Shown in pieces: positions 1-8,692 of a stretch of 26,773 nt of DNA. The notes beneath the pieces were generated by a model. The model ran no database searches. It was not told the origin of the DNA and worked only from the letters and a program-made list of their open reading frames with translations. Source of the DNA: an uncultured Deinococcaceae bacterium (lineage in GTDB: Bacteria > Deinococcota > Deinococci > Deinococcales > Deinococcaceae); assembly GCA_964252075.1 (NCBI GenBank), contig CAXULY010000062.1:1-26773 (forward strand). Direction: 5' to 3'. How positions within the stretch are numbered: the first letter of the stretch is position 1; the number at the start of each line of letters is the position of its first letter. A program made the position numbers and the translations under genes.

Positions 1-2
1 TC

Positions 3-143
3 GAGGTGGGCAAGCGCACCGAGACCGAACGCCAGACCTACACCGACACCGTCGGTAAGGAAGTCCTCGACGTCAACAAGGCCGGCGAGGTGGCGACGGA
101 CACCACAGACGCGGACCTTGACCCGAACCGCCGCCGCATCTGA
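3..143 (+). CDS. 3' end of YsnF/AvaK (DUF2382)-like stress protein, partial at window edge
   Basis: Frame 3 reads [46 protein letters not shown], resembling the DUF2382 repeat (EVxVGKRxxTxTxTVTDTVRKEELxV). Followed by a strong hairpin. Confidence 0.75.
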   Translation, partial: EVGKRTETERQTYTDTVGKEVLDVNKAGEVATDTTDADLDPNRRRI

Positions 144-157
144 CCCGCGGTGCCTGA

Positions 158-187
158 AGGGGAGGAGGCCGCGCGGCCTCCTCCCCT
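158..187. terminator. Probable bidirectional terminator between convergent genes
   Basis: Perfect 30-bp palindrome AGGGGAGGAGGCCGC|GCGGCCTCCTCCCCT between the stop codons at 143 (+) and 197 (-). Confidence 0.7.
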
Positions 188-196
188 GCTGTCGCG

Positions 197-1186
197 TCAG
201 GGGCGCTGGTTGAGGTTCAGTTCAGCTTCCGCCTTGCCGGGCAGGCGGCGCGTGAAGGCCGTCTCGCTGTCCGCGCCCTTCCGGCGGTCCGGTCCGGGCC
301 CCGGCATCACGCGGGCGCCCAGCGCCATCAGGTCCAGCACGAGGCCGGGGAACAGCTGGTACGCGAGGCCCGCGATTTTCGTCAGGCCGCCCAGGCGCAA
401 CTCCGGAATGCCGTGCGCGGCGGCGTCCACGATGCGGCGCGCGGCGGTGCCGGCGTCCAGGGAGAGCAGCGGCGCGTGGTCGAGGCTCGCGAACATCGCG
501 TATTCCGCTTTCGCCTGACCGCGCACCTCCGCCTGCCGTGGGCTGCCGGTGCGCATGAGGGTGGGGTTCACGGTGGTGACGGTGATGCCCTCGCGCGCGA
601 GTTCCGCGCGGCTCGCGGCGGAGAACCCGACCAGCGCGAACTTGCTGGCGTTGTAACTGGCGAGGTGCGGCACCGGCACGAGGCCGCCGACGGACGCGAT
701 GTTCACGATGCGGCCCGCCGCGCGCGTGAGGTGCGGGCGCGCGGCGTACGTGAGGTACAGCGCCGCGAAGAAGTTCACCTGCATGGCGTGCTCGAAGTCG
801 CCGGGCGTGAGGCTCGCGAGCGGCCCCACCTGAATGACGCCCGCGTTGTTGATGAGCACGTCCAGCCTGCGGTAGTGCGCGAGCGTCTCGGCCACCGCGC
901 GCTGCGCGCCCGCCTCGCTGCTGACGTCCGCGACGACGGTGTGCACCTCGAAGGTGCCGGGGCCGTTCAGGCTCTCGGCGGCGCGGGCGAGTTCGGCGGG
1001 GTCGCGCGCGACGAGGCTCAGCCGCGCGCCACGCGCCGCGAGTTCACGCGCGAGGGCGAGGCCCAGGCCGCGCGATCCACCCGTGATGAGCACCACGCGG
1101 TCCGAGAAGTCGTATTCGGGGCGGTTGCGCCGTGCCAGGTAAACGGCGCCGCCCGCGGCCAGCAGCAGCCACGTGAGTCTTCGCAT
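197..1186 (-). CDS. Short-chain dehydrogenase/reductase (SDR) with N-terminal hydrophobic anchor
   Basis: TGGSRGLG Rossmann motif, NNAG and YNASK catalytic motif. N-terminus MRRLTWLLLAAGGAVYLA. Start taken at ATG 1186; an upstream ATG at 1219 with a GGAGG is an alternative. Confidence 0.9.
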   Translation of the reverse strand: MRRLTWLLLAAGGAVYLARRNRPEYDFSDRVVLITGGSRGLGLALARELAARGARLSLVARDPAELARAAESLNGPGTFEVHTVVADVSSEAGAQRAVAETLAHYRRLDVLINNAGVIQVGPLASLTPGDFEHAMQVNFFAALYLTYAARPHLTRAAGRIVNIASVGGLVPVPHLASYNASKFALVGFSAASRAELAREGITVTTVNPTLMRTGSPRQAEVRGQAKAEYAMFASLDHAPLLSLDAGTAARRIVDAAAHGIPELRLGGLTKIAGLAYQLFPGLVLDLMALGARVMPGPGPDRRKGADSETAFTRRLPGKAEAELNLNQRP

Positions 1187-1537
1187 GGTGTGGTTGTACC
1201 GTGCCGCGCGCGCGCACATTGCTGGCCTCCGCACTGCCTGAAGGCCGCCACAAGGGAGCTTCAGACAAAGCCAGCGTGACGTGAGGGGCCGCTGAAGCGC
1301 GCTGCACGCCAGCGCCACGCTGCTCATGCCACGGGGCGGCGGGGCTGGCAAGCATTTACCCGGCCTTGAGGGCATGGTCACTCAGTGGGACGCGCGGCTT
1401 TCTGGTGTAGAAGCCCACGATGCAATGGCCGTCATGGTCCACACCCTGCAGCGAAGACGCGGCCTCACGGCCGGCGCGTCACCCGGCGCGCGGCGCACAT
1501 GGATTCCCGACGCTCCAAGACACCTGGGAGGTTCAGC

Positions 1538-2740
1538 ATGAAAGCAGTGGTCTGGCACGGGATCGGTGACATCCGCCTCGACGATGTTCCCGAACCCACC
1601 CTGGAGGCGCCCACGGACGCCATCGTGCGCCTCACGGCGAGCGCCATCTGCGGCACGGACCTGCATTTCATCCGCGGGACGGGCGGCGAGATGCAGCCTG
1701 GCACCATCCTGGGGCACGAGGGCGTCGGCGTGGTGGAGGCGGTGGGGAGCGCCGTGCGGAACTTCGTGCCGGGCGACCGCGTGGTCATTCCGTCCACCAT
1801 CGCGTGCGGGTACTGTCCGATGTGCCGCAAGGGGGAGTTCTCGCAGTGCGACAACGCCAACCCGAACGGCCCGAGCGCCGGCACGGCGTTCTACGGCGGC
1901 CCGAAACAGACGGGGCCCTTCCAGGGCCTGCAGGCGGAGAAGGCGCGCGTGCCCTTCGCCGCAACGAACCTCGTGAAGATCCCGGACAGCGTGACGGACC
2001 AGCAGGCCATCCTGATCTCGGACATCTTCCCCACCGCGTACTTCGGGGCGGACATCGCGAACATTCAGCCGGGGCAGTCCGTCGCGGTGTTCGGGTGCGG
2101 GCCGGTCGGGCAGTTCGTGATCACCAGCGCGAAACTCATGGGCGCCGGGCGGGTGTTCGCCATTGACCGCATCCCCAGCCGCTTGGAGGCCGCGCGCTAC
2201 CAGGGCGCGGAGATCATCAACTTCGACGAGGAGGACCCCGTGCAGGCGCTGCAGCAGCTCACGGGGAACATGGGCGTGGACGTGGTGATTGACGCGGTGG
2301 GCGTGGACGCCCAGCACGCCGATCACGGCCCTGCCGCCGAGCAGGCGCAGCAGGAGGCGCAGACCTTCCAGCAGGAGGTCGCGCAGGTCGCGCCGCAGGG
2401 CACCGCGTGGACGGCGGGCGACGCGCCCAGTCAGGCGCTGGAGTGGGCGGTGCAGGCCGTCGCGAAGGCGGGCACGGTGTCCATCATCGGGGTGTACCCG
2501 CAGACCATGCAGGCCTTCCCGATCGGCGCGGCCATGAACAAGAACCTGCGGCTCGTGATGGGGAACTGCAACCACCGCAAGTACATCCCGAAGCTGCTGG
2601 ACCTCGTGCAGCAGGGCACGCTCGACCCGGAGAAGCTGCTCAGTCAGGTCGAGGAGATGCACAGCGCGCTCGACGCCTACCACGCCTTCGACGAGCGGCA
2701 GCCCGGCTGGCTGAAGGTCGAGCTGGTCCCCGGACTCTGA
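1538..2740 (+). CDS. Zinc-dependent alcohol/formaldehyde dehydrogenase-like (MDR superfamily)
   Basis: MKAVVWHG start with GGAGG RBS. Catalytic Zn motifs CGTD and GHE, structural Zn motif CGYCPMC...C, SDIFPT, and GCGPVG NAD-binding motif. Confidence 0.92.
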   Translation: MKAVVWHGIGDIRLDDVPEPTLEAPTDAIVRLTASAICGTDLHFIRGTGGEMQPGTILGHEGVGVVEAVGSAVRNFVPGDRVVIPSTIACGYCPMCRKGEFSQCDNANPNGPSAGTAFYGGPKQTGPFQGLQAEKARVPFAATNLVKIPDSVTDQQAILISDIFPTAYFGADIANIQPGQSVAVFGCGPVGQFVITSAKLMGAGRVFAIDRIPSRLEAARYQGAEIINFDEEDPVQALQQLTGNMGVDVVIDAVGVDAQHADHGPAAEQAQQEAQTFQQEVAQVAPQGTAWTAGDAPSQALEWAVQAVAKAGTVSIIGVYPQTMQAFPIGAAMNKNLRLVMGNCNHRKYIPKLLDLVQQGTLDPEKLLSQVEEMHSALDAYHAFDERQPGWLKVELVPGL

Positions 2741-2762
2741 ATCACCCCACAGGAGGCACGCC

Positions 2763-3623
2763 GTGACGCAAGACGAGAAGACCATGCCCGCGCAGCATCA
2801 GGACCAGCAGCCGGGACGCGAGAGCGAGATGAACCCCCGGCCCGTGTACATCAAGCCGGACTACAAGGCGGCGGGCAAACTCACGGGCAAGGCCGCCATC
2901 ATCACGGGCGGGGACAGCGGCATCGGGCGGGCGGTCGCGGTGCACTTCGCGCGGGAGGGCGCGGACGTCGCGATCGTGTACCTCGACGAGGGTGACGACG
3001 CGCAGGAAACCAAGCGCCTCGTGGAGGCCGAGGGCCGCACGTGCCTGACCATTGCGGGCGACGTGGGCGACGAGCAGTTCTGCCAGCAGGCGGTGCAGCA
3101 GGCCGTGCAGACGCTCGGGCACCTGGAGATCCTGGTGAACAACGCCGCCGAGCAGCACCCCCAGGAGAGCCCGGAGGACATCAGCTACGAGCAGCTGGAG
3201 CGCACCTTCCGCACGAACATCTTCGGGTACTTCAACATGGTGAAGGCGGCGCTGCCGCACCTGCAGGAGGGCGCGACCATCGTGAACACCACGAGCGTCA
3301 CAAACTACCAGGGGAGCCCCACCCTGCTGGATTACGCCTCCACCAAGGGCGCCATCGTGGCGTACACCCGCTCGCTCGCGGGGAACCTCATTGAGCGCGG
3401 GATCCGCGTGAACGCTGTGGCGCCCGGCCCGATCTGGACGCCGCTCATTCCGTCCACCTTCCCGCCCGACAAGGTCGCGACCTTCGGCGCGGACGTGCCC
3501 ATGAAGCGCCCCGGTCAGCCCGCGGAGGTTGCGACGTGCTACGTGTTCCTGGCGTCGGACGACTCCAGTTTCATTGCGGGTCAGGTGCTGCACCCGAACG
3601 GCGGGGAGGTCGTGAATGGCTAA
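2763..3623 (+). CDS. SDR oxidoreductase, general stress protein 39 (YdaD/YhdF/YghA-like)
   Basis: GTG start after AGGAGG. QxQPGxExxMxPxP N-terminus, TGGDSGIG, NNAAEQ, YASTK, and GQVLHPNGG C-terminus typical of this subfamily. Confidence 0.92.
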   Translation: MTQDEKTMPAQHQDQQPGRESEMNPRPVYIKPDYKAAGKLTGKAAIITGGDSGIGRAVAVHFAREGADVAIVYLDEGDDAQETKRLVEAEGRTCLTIAGDVGDEQFCQQAVQQAVQTLGHLEILVNNAAEQHPQESPEDISYEQLERTFRTNIFGYFNMVKAALPHLQEGATIVNTTSVTNYQGSPTLLDYASTKGAIVAYTRSLAGNLIERGIRVNAVAPGPIWTPLIPSTFPPDKVATFGADVPMKRPGQPAEVATCYVFLASDDSSFIAGQVLHPNGGEVVNG

Positions 3624-4296
3624 GAACGGCAGCAGGGTGCCCGGCAGCTTGATTCTGCTGGGCGTGGGGGCCGCGACGGCGGCGCTGGTGTGGCAGGGCA
3701 GCAAGCCCCTCAAGCGCGCGCTGCGCATCCGCGAGAACGACGACGGCGCCATCGAGGCGCGGCAGGCCGTGACGGTGGCGCGCGAGCCCGCCGAGGTGTA
3801 CGCCTACTGGCGGGACCTCACGAACCTCCCGACCTTCGCGCGGCACGTGGAGCGCGTGGAGGTCCTGAATGAGCTGGAGTCCCGCTGGTGGGTGAAGGCC
3901 CCCACGGGCCTGCTGCGCTGGGACGCCACCATCATCGCGGACGAGCCGCCCACCGTGGGCGGCGTGGGGCGCCTGGGCTGGCGCACCCTGCCCGGCACGG
4001 GCGTCACGCACGACGGCGAGGTGCGCTTCCGTCCCGCGCCGGGCGGGCGCGGGACGGAGGTGAGCGCGCGCCTCGCATACCACGTGCCGGGCGGCGCGGC
4101 CGTCGCGACCCTCACGCGGCTCTTCCAGCTGGAGCCGAACCAGGCGGCGCGCGACGACCTGATGCGCCTCAAGCGGCAGTTGGAGATGGGCTTCCAGCCC
4201 ACCACCGAAGGCCAGAGCAGCGGGCGCGCCAAGACGTCCGCCAAGCAGACGCCCAATGACCCGCCCAGCGCGGCGACCCCGGGGGTGACGCCATGA
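3616..4296 (+). CDS. SRPBCC (polyketide cyclase/dehydrase-like) family protein
   Basis: Motifs [55 protein letters not shown]. Overlaps both neighbours, consistent with an operon. Confidence 0.88.
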   Translation: MAKNGSRVPGSLILLGVGAATAALVWQGSKPLKRALRIRENDDGAIEARQAVTVAREPAEVYAYWRDLTNLPTFARHVERVEVLNELESRWWVKAPTGLLRWDATIIADEPPTVGGVGRLGWRTLPGTGVTHDGEVRFRPAPGGRGTEVSARLAYHVPGGAAVATLTRLFQLEPNQAARDDLMRLKRQLEMGFQPTTEGQSSGRAKTSAKQTPNDPPSAATPGVTP

Positions 4297-5501
4297 GGGC
4301 ACTGATCTGGCAGGGCACGAACCGCGTGGGCGTGGAGACCGTCCCGGACCCCACGCTGCTGCTTCAGACGGACGCCATCGTGCGCATCACGTCCACCGCC
4401 ATCTGCGGCAGCGACCTGCACCTGCTGGACGGGTACATCCCCAGCATGGAGCGCGGCGACATCATGGGCCACGAGTTCATGGGTGAGGTCGTGGAGGTCG
4501 GGCGGGACGTGCGGCGCCTGAAGGTCGGGGACCGCGTGATCGTGCCGTTCAACATCGCGTGCGGCGTGTGCGACAACTGCCAGCGCGGCCTCACGAGCGC
4601 CTGCGACAACTCCAACCCGAACTTCCGCGCGGCGGAGGCGCTGTACGGCGCGACGAGCGGCGGCGGGCTGTTCGGGTACTCGCACCTGTACGGCGGTTAC
4701 GCGGGCGGTCAGGCGCAGTTCGTGCGCGTGCCCTTCGCGGACGTGAACCCGCAGGTGGTGCCCACCGACCTCAGTGACGAGCAGGTGCTGTTCCTCACGG
4801 ACATCTTCCCCACCGGGTACCAGGCGGCGGAGAACTGCGGCATTCAGGCGGGCCGCGATGTGGTCGCGGTGTTCGGCGCGGGCCCCGTCGGGCAGTTCGC
4901 GGCGCGCAGCGCCCTCATGCTGGGCGCCGCGCGCGTCATCGTGGTGGACCGCGTGCCGGAACGCCTCGCGATGGCGGAGCGCGCGGGCTGCGAGACCATC
5001 AACTACGAGCAGGACGACGTGCTGGTGGCGCTTCAGGAGATGACGGGCGGGCGCGGGCCGGACCACACCATTGACGCGGTGGGCCTGGAAGCGCACGGGC
5101 ACGGGCCGGGCGCGCTGATGGACACCGCGCAGCAGAAGGCGCGCATCACCTTCGACCGCATCACGGGCCTCAGGTGGGCCATCCAGAGCTGCGCGAAGGG
5201 CGGCACCGTGAGCCTAGCGGGCGTGTACGGCGGCCTCGTGAACGCCATGCCGATGGGCGCGGCCTTCGCGAAGGGCCTCACCTTCAAGATGGGCCAGACG
5301 CACGTGCACCGCTACGTGGGGCCGCTGCTGTCGCGCATTCAGAGCGGCGACATCGACCCGACCTTCGTGATCACGCACCGCGCGAGCCTGGAGGACGCGC
5401 CGGAGCTGTACAAGACCTTCAGGGACAAGCAGGACCACTGCATCAAGGTGGTGCTGGACCCCTGGGGGCAGCCCGCCCGCACCCCCACCAGCGCGTCCTG
5501 A
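4293..5501 (+). CDS. Zinc-dependent alcohol/formaldehyde dehydrogenase-like (YbdR-like)
   Basis: CGSDLH, GHEF, CGVCDNC...[38 protein letters not shown] overlap with the SRPBCC gene. Confidence 0.93.
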   Translation: MRALIWQGTNRVGVETVPDPTLLLQTDAIVRITSTAICGSDLHLLDGYIPSMERGDIMGHEFMGEVVEVGRDVRRLKVGDRVIVPFNIACGVCDNCQRGLTSACDNSNPNFRAAEALYGATSGGGLFGYSHLYGGYAGGQAQFVRVPFADVNPQVVPTDLSDEQVLFLTDIFPTGYQAAENCGIQAGRDVVAVFGAGPVGQFAARSALMLGAARVIVVDRVPERLAMAERAGCETINYEQDDVLVALQEMTGGRGPDHTIDAVGLEAHGHGPGALMDTAQQKARITFDRITGLRWAIQSCAKGGTVSLAGVYGGLVNAMPMGAAFAKGLTFKMGQTHVHRYVGPLLSRIQSGDIDPTFVITHRASLEDAPELYKTFRDKQDHCIKVVLDPWGQPARTPTSAS

Positions 5502-5510
5502 ACGCGCCGC

Positions 5511-5538
5511 GCAGCGCCGCCGCATGCGGCGGCGCTGC
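5511..5538 (+). terminator. Hairpin after dehydrogenase operon
   Basis: Perfect 28-bp palindrome GCAGCGCCGCCGCA|TGCGGCGGCGCTGC, 10 bp after the stop. No U-tract. Confidence 0.55.
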
Positions 5539-5723
5539 ACATTCATCCCCCACGTGAACGCGCGTTTAGGCAACTGTTGGGCTTCGGCATGTTCCGGCCA
5601 AGGCCACTTGGGCTGCCTCTCCACCCACCCCCGCGCGGACAGGGGATCATACGCTCGGTCGGCCGACCCAACCAGGGCACTCCCCCTCCGCTTCTGTTCC
5701 GATTTCACCGAAAGGCAAGGACG

Positions 5724-5921
5724 ATGGCTGACGACACCAGAAAACGGGGCTTTGCCAGCATGGACCCCGCGCGGCAGCGCGAGATCGCCAGCCTCGGTGG
5801 GCAGGCGGCGCACGCCAGTGGCAACGCGCACCAGTTCACCAGCGAAGAGGCCCGCAAGGCCGGACGCAAGGGCGGCGAGGCGTCACGCGGCAGCCGCCGG
5901 CAGACGCAGAAGCAGCGCTGA
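5724..5921 (+). CDS. KGG-repeat general stress protein (YciG/Con-10-like)
   Basis: 65 aa: RGFASMDPARQREIASLGGQAAHASGNAHQFTSEEARKAGRKGG, the KGG family signature. AAGGA RBS. Confidence 0.92.
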   Translation: MADDTRKRGFASMDPARQREIASLGGQAAHASGNAHQFTSEEARKAGRKGGEASRGSRRQTQKQR

Positions 5922-6006
5922 GGCGCGCCGCCCGTCACCACGACCCTCCTGCGCCCGCGGAGCAGTGCGCCGCAACGGCCAACACACGAACGCTGGAGAA
6001 AAACTG

Positions 6007-6861
6007 ATGTTCTACCATGACAAGCAACTGCAGTACACCGTCCGCGTGGACACGCCCAGCCCCGTCTTCGCGAAGATGCTGCAACAGGCGATTGGCGGCG
6101 TGGAGGGCGAGATTCGCGTCATGCTGCAGTACCTGTTTCAGGCTTTCGGGAACCGTGGCCCTACCAAGTACCGCGACATGCTGATGAACACCGGCACCGA
6201 GGAGATCGGGCACGTGCAGATGCTCGCCACGGCCGTCGCCATGAACCTGGAGGGCTCGCCCACCTACCTGAAGGAGGAAGCGGCGCGCGCCAACCCGCTC
6301 GTCGCGGCCGTCATGGGCGGCATGGACCCCCGGCAGTACCTGTCGGCGGGCCTCGCGGCGCTCCCGAGCGACGCGAACGGCGTGCCGTTCAACGCGTCGC
6401 ACGTGTACGCCAGCGGGAACATCGCGGCGGACATGTACTCGAACGTGGCGGCCGAGGCGACGGGCCGCGCGCTCGCGTGTCGCCTGTTCGACATGACCGA
6501 CGACCCCGGCATGAAGGACATGCTGCGCTTCCTGATCGCGCGCGACACCATGCACCAGCAGCAGTGGCTGGCGGTCATCGAGGAACTCGGCGGGCACCCC
6601 GGCACGCTGCCCATCCCGAACAGCTTCCCGCAGAGCGAGGAGCTGCAGGACGTCAGTTATGTGTTCCTCGCGACGGGCGTGGAAGGCGTGGCGCCCCCCG
6701 AGGGCCGCTGGACGCAGGGCCCGTCCCTGGACGGCAAGGGCACCTTCGAATTGCGCGTGAACAAGCCGCTCGGGCAGGAGCCCGTGCTGGCGCCGCCCAT
6801 CCCGTCGGCGTACGCCGAGCAGCAGCAGATGGACCCCACGTCCCCCGCAGGCGACGACTGA
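6007..6861 (+). CDS. Manganese-containing catalase (ferritin-like)
   Basis: MFYHDKQLQYTVRVD start with GGAG RBS. Motifs GGVEGE, TEEIGH, NVAAEA and LIARDTMHQQQW. Confidence 0.93.
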   Translation: MFYHDKQLQYTVRVDTPSPVFAKMLQQAIGGVEGEIRVMLQYLFQAFGNRGPTKYRDMLMNTGTEEIGHVQMLATAVAMNLEGSPTYLKEEAARANPLVAAVMGGMDPRQYLSAGLAALPSDANGVPFNASHVYASGNIAADMYSNVAAEATGRALACRLFDMTDDPGMKDMLRFLIARDTMHQQQWLAVIEELGGHPGTLPIPNSFPQSEELQDVSYVFLATGVEGVAPPEGRWTQGPSLDGKGTFELRVNKPLGQEPVLAPPIPSAYAEQQQMDPTSPAGDD

Positions 6862-6922
6862 CCGTGATCGCCCGCACGCGCACCCCCACTTCGCTCCGGG
6901 CCGGGATGGCCGGGGAGCGCGC

Positions 6923-7552
6923 GTGAACGCCCGCCCGTTCGCGCTGGTCGGCGTAGGGGCGCTGGCGCTGGGGGCGCTGCTGTGGCGCTTCCCGCGCCGC
7001 ACGTGGGCGCCCGCGGGCCTCGCGGACGGCGTGAGCAAGGTCATGCTGCGGCAGTACTGGCTGGATGTGACGGACGCCGCGCGCCCGCCGGAGGCGGTGG
7101 CGCACGACTGGCTGCAGGACCTCCCGGCCCTGGCGCCCGCACTGCTCGCGCACTTCCGTCGCGTCCGGCCGGGCAGAGGCGACACCCGCGTCGGCGACGT
7201 GTTCAGCATCGTCATGTTCGGCTTACGGCGAGGGCGCGTGCAGGTGGTAAGGAGCGGCCCGGACGGGTTCGTGGTGCAGACGCTGAGACAGCACCCGGAG
7301 TCCGGGCAGAGCCGCTTCCTGGTGCAGGGCCTGGACCCGCGTGCGTACCGCCTGATGATTGAGTCCGAGGCGCGCGCGAGCAGCTGGCTGGACCGCCTCG
7401 CCTATTGGGCGGGGATGAGCGGTGTGCAGCGCCTCACGTGGCAGTGGACCCTGCGGCGCGTCCTGCGCCTCACGGGTGGCCGCGAGGCGGGTCATGGACA
7501 CCACTCGCGGGAGTGGGCCTTTACGGCGGAACAGGCCACCGCAACATTATGA
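6923..7552 (+). CDS. Hypothetical protein, DUF1990-like, with N-terminal hydrophobic segment
   Basis: GTG start after GGAG. TLRQHPESG resembles the DUF1990 TLxGHPExG motif. Family call is from memory of the motif only. Confidence 0.6.
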   Translation: MNARPFALVGVGALALGALLWRFPRRTWAPAGLADGVSKVMLRQYWLDVTDAARPPEAVAHDWLQDLPALAPALLAHFRRVRPGRGDTRVGDVFSIVMFGLRRGRVQVVRSGPDGFVVQTLRQHPESGQSRFLVQGLDPRAYRLMIESEARASSWLDRLAYWAGMSGVQRLTWQWTLRRVLRLTGGREAGHGHHSREWAFTAEQATATL

Positions 7553-7622
7553 TGAAGCCACCTGTTCTGCTCACAACTCTTAGATATGGGTGTTACTCTG
7601 CCCCCATAAGGAGGAAGCAACG

Positions 7623-7814
7623 ATGAAACTATCTACCGTTCTTTACGCAGCAGGATTCGTCTCCATCATTCTCTCCGCCGTCAACTTCATTCAGGGACGC
7701 ACGAAGTCAAGCCAGGAAGGCGAGGACAAGGAACACCAGGGCAACTTCATTGGTCACTGGCCCCCCACCTTCTTCATTCTGGGCAAGATTGTCGAAGACC
7801 GCGAGCGCGCCTAA
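7623..7814 (+). CDS. Small (63 aa) membrane protein with FIGHWPPTFF motif
   Basis: GAGGA RBS, N-terminal hydrophobic helix, conserved-looking GNFIGHWPPTFFILG segment, followed by a terminator. Confidence 0.75.
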   Translation: MKLSTVLYAAGFVSIILSAVNFIQGRTKSSQEGEDKEHQGNFIGHWPPTFFILGKIVEDRERA

Positions 7815-7832
7815 ACATTTCCAGCGCTTCAC

Positions 7833-7862
7833 AAAGGGAAGGCGTTGGCCTTCCCTCTTTTC
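7833..7862 (+). terminator. Rho-independent terminator
   Basis: AGGGAAGGC-GTTG-GCCTTCCCT stem followed by CTTTT. Confidence 0.7.
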
Positions 7863-7915
7863 GCGCATAACTGCATCAGTTCCCGTCCTTCTGGATCAAT
7901 TAGGGCGAAGCAGAA

Positions 7916-7939
7916 GGACCGGAGCAGCTGCTCCGGTCC
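7916..7939 (-). terminator. Hairpin downstream of WGxxGxxG gene
   Basis: Perfect 24-bp palindrome GGACCGGAGCAG|CTGCTCCGGTCC, followed on the minus strand by TTCTGCTT. Confidence 0.55.
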
Positions 7940-7961
7940 CCTCGCCTGCGAATTGGTTGCC

Positions 7962-8681
7962 TCAGGGCCGCTGGTCGTTGCGTGGGGCCGGGCGGGGGCG
8001 CCCACGTCCGCTCAGGCCCGCGAGCCCAGCGAGGCCCGCCAAGCCCAGGATGCCCCAGGGGAAGGGGTTGCCGCGCGTATCGTCCGCCGTGGCGCCTGCG
8101 GCCTGCGTTGTGCCCGCCGCCGCCGCGGTGCCCGCGCCACCGCCCGCTCCGCCCTGACCGGCGGTGCCGCCGCTCCCCGCGTTGGGGTCCGTGCCGCCCG
8201 TGGCGGGCGTCGTCGCGCCCGTCCCGGCCGGTGCGGTGGCGCCGCCTGCGCTGTCACCGGTGCTGGGGGTCGTGGTGCTGGACGCGGTGGTGCCTGCCGC
8301 GTCGCCCGTCGCCCCGGGCGCCGTGGTGCCCGCCGCCCCCGCGTTCGGGTCGGTGGCGCCGCTGGCGTCCGTGCCCGGCGTGGTGGTCGTGGTGGATGCC
8401 GTGCCGCTTGCTCCGGAGGTGTCGCCTCCGGGCGCACTGGGCGCGACCACGCCGGGCGTGGTGCCCGCCGGACCGTCATTGTCCGGCTGGGACGTGCTGG
8501 CGGCGCTCGCGGGGTTCCCGTCGCCGCCCGTTCCGGGGTCGGTCGTGCCCGCCGCCGCTCCGGAACTGTCGGTGCCGGGCAGTGAGAGGCCGCTGACGCC
8601 CTCCGTGTCCTGCGCGACCGCCACGACCGGCGCGGTCAGCAGCGCGAGCATCAGCAGGGCGTTTCTGGGATGCATCTTCAT
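7962..8681 (-). CDS. Secreted Gly/Thr/Ala-rich protein with C-terminal WGxxGxxG membrane-anchor/sorting motif
   Basis: Signal peptide MKMHPRNALLMLALLTAPVVAVA-Q, low-complexity body, C-terminus FPWGILGLAGLAGLAGL followed by basic RGRPRP. Confidence 0.82.
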   Translation of the reverse strand: MKMHPRNALLMLALLTAPVVAVAQDTEGVSGLSLPGTDSSGAAAGTTDPGTGGDGNPASAASTSQPDNDGPAGTTPGVVAPSAPGGDTSGASGTASTTTTTPGTDASGATDPNAGAAGTTAPGATGDAAGTTASSTTTPSTGDSAGGATAPAGTGATTPATGGTDPNAGSGGTAGQGGAGGGAGTAAAAGTTQAAGATADDTRGNPFPWGILGLAGLAGLAGLSGRGRPRPAPRNDQRP

Positions 8682-8692
8682 GACGTCATCCT

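Noticed and set aside
1382..2785. Long antisense ORFs (also 2742-3752, 3804-5102, 9998-11737, 14085-15953, 18790-20637, 21330-22970)
   Set aside because: These are expected stop-poor shadows of real genes in high-GC DNA, with no recognisable motifs.
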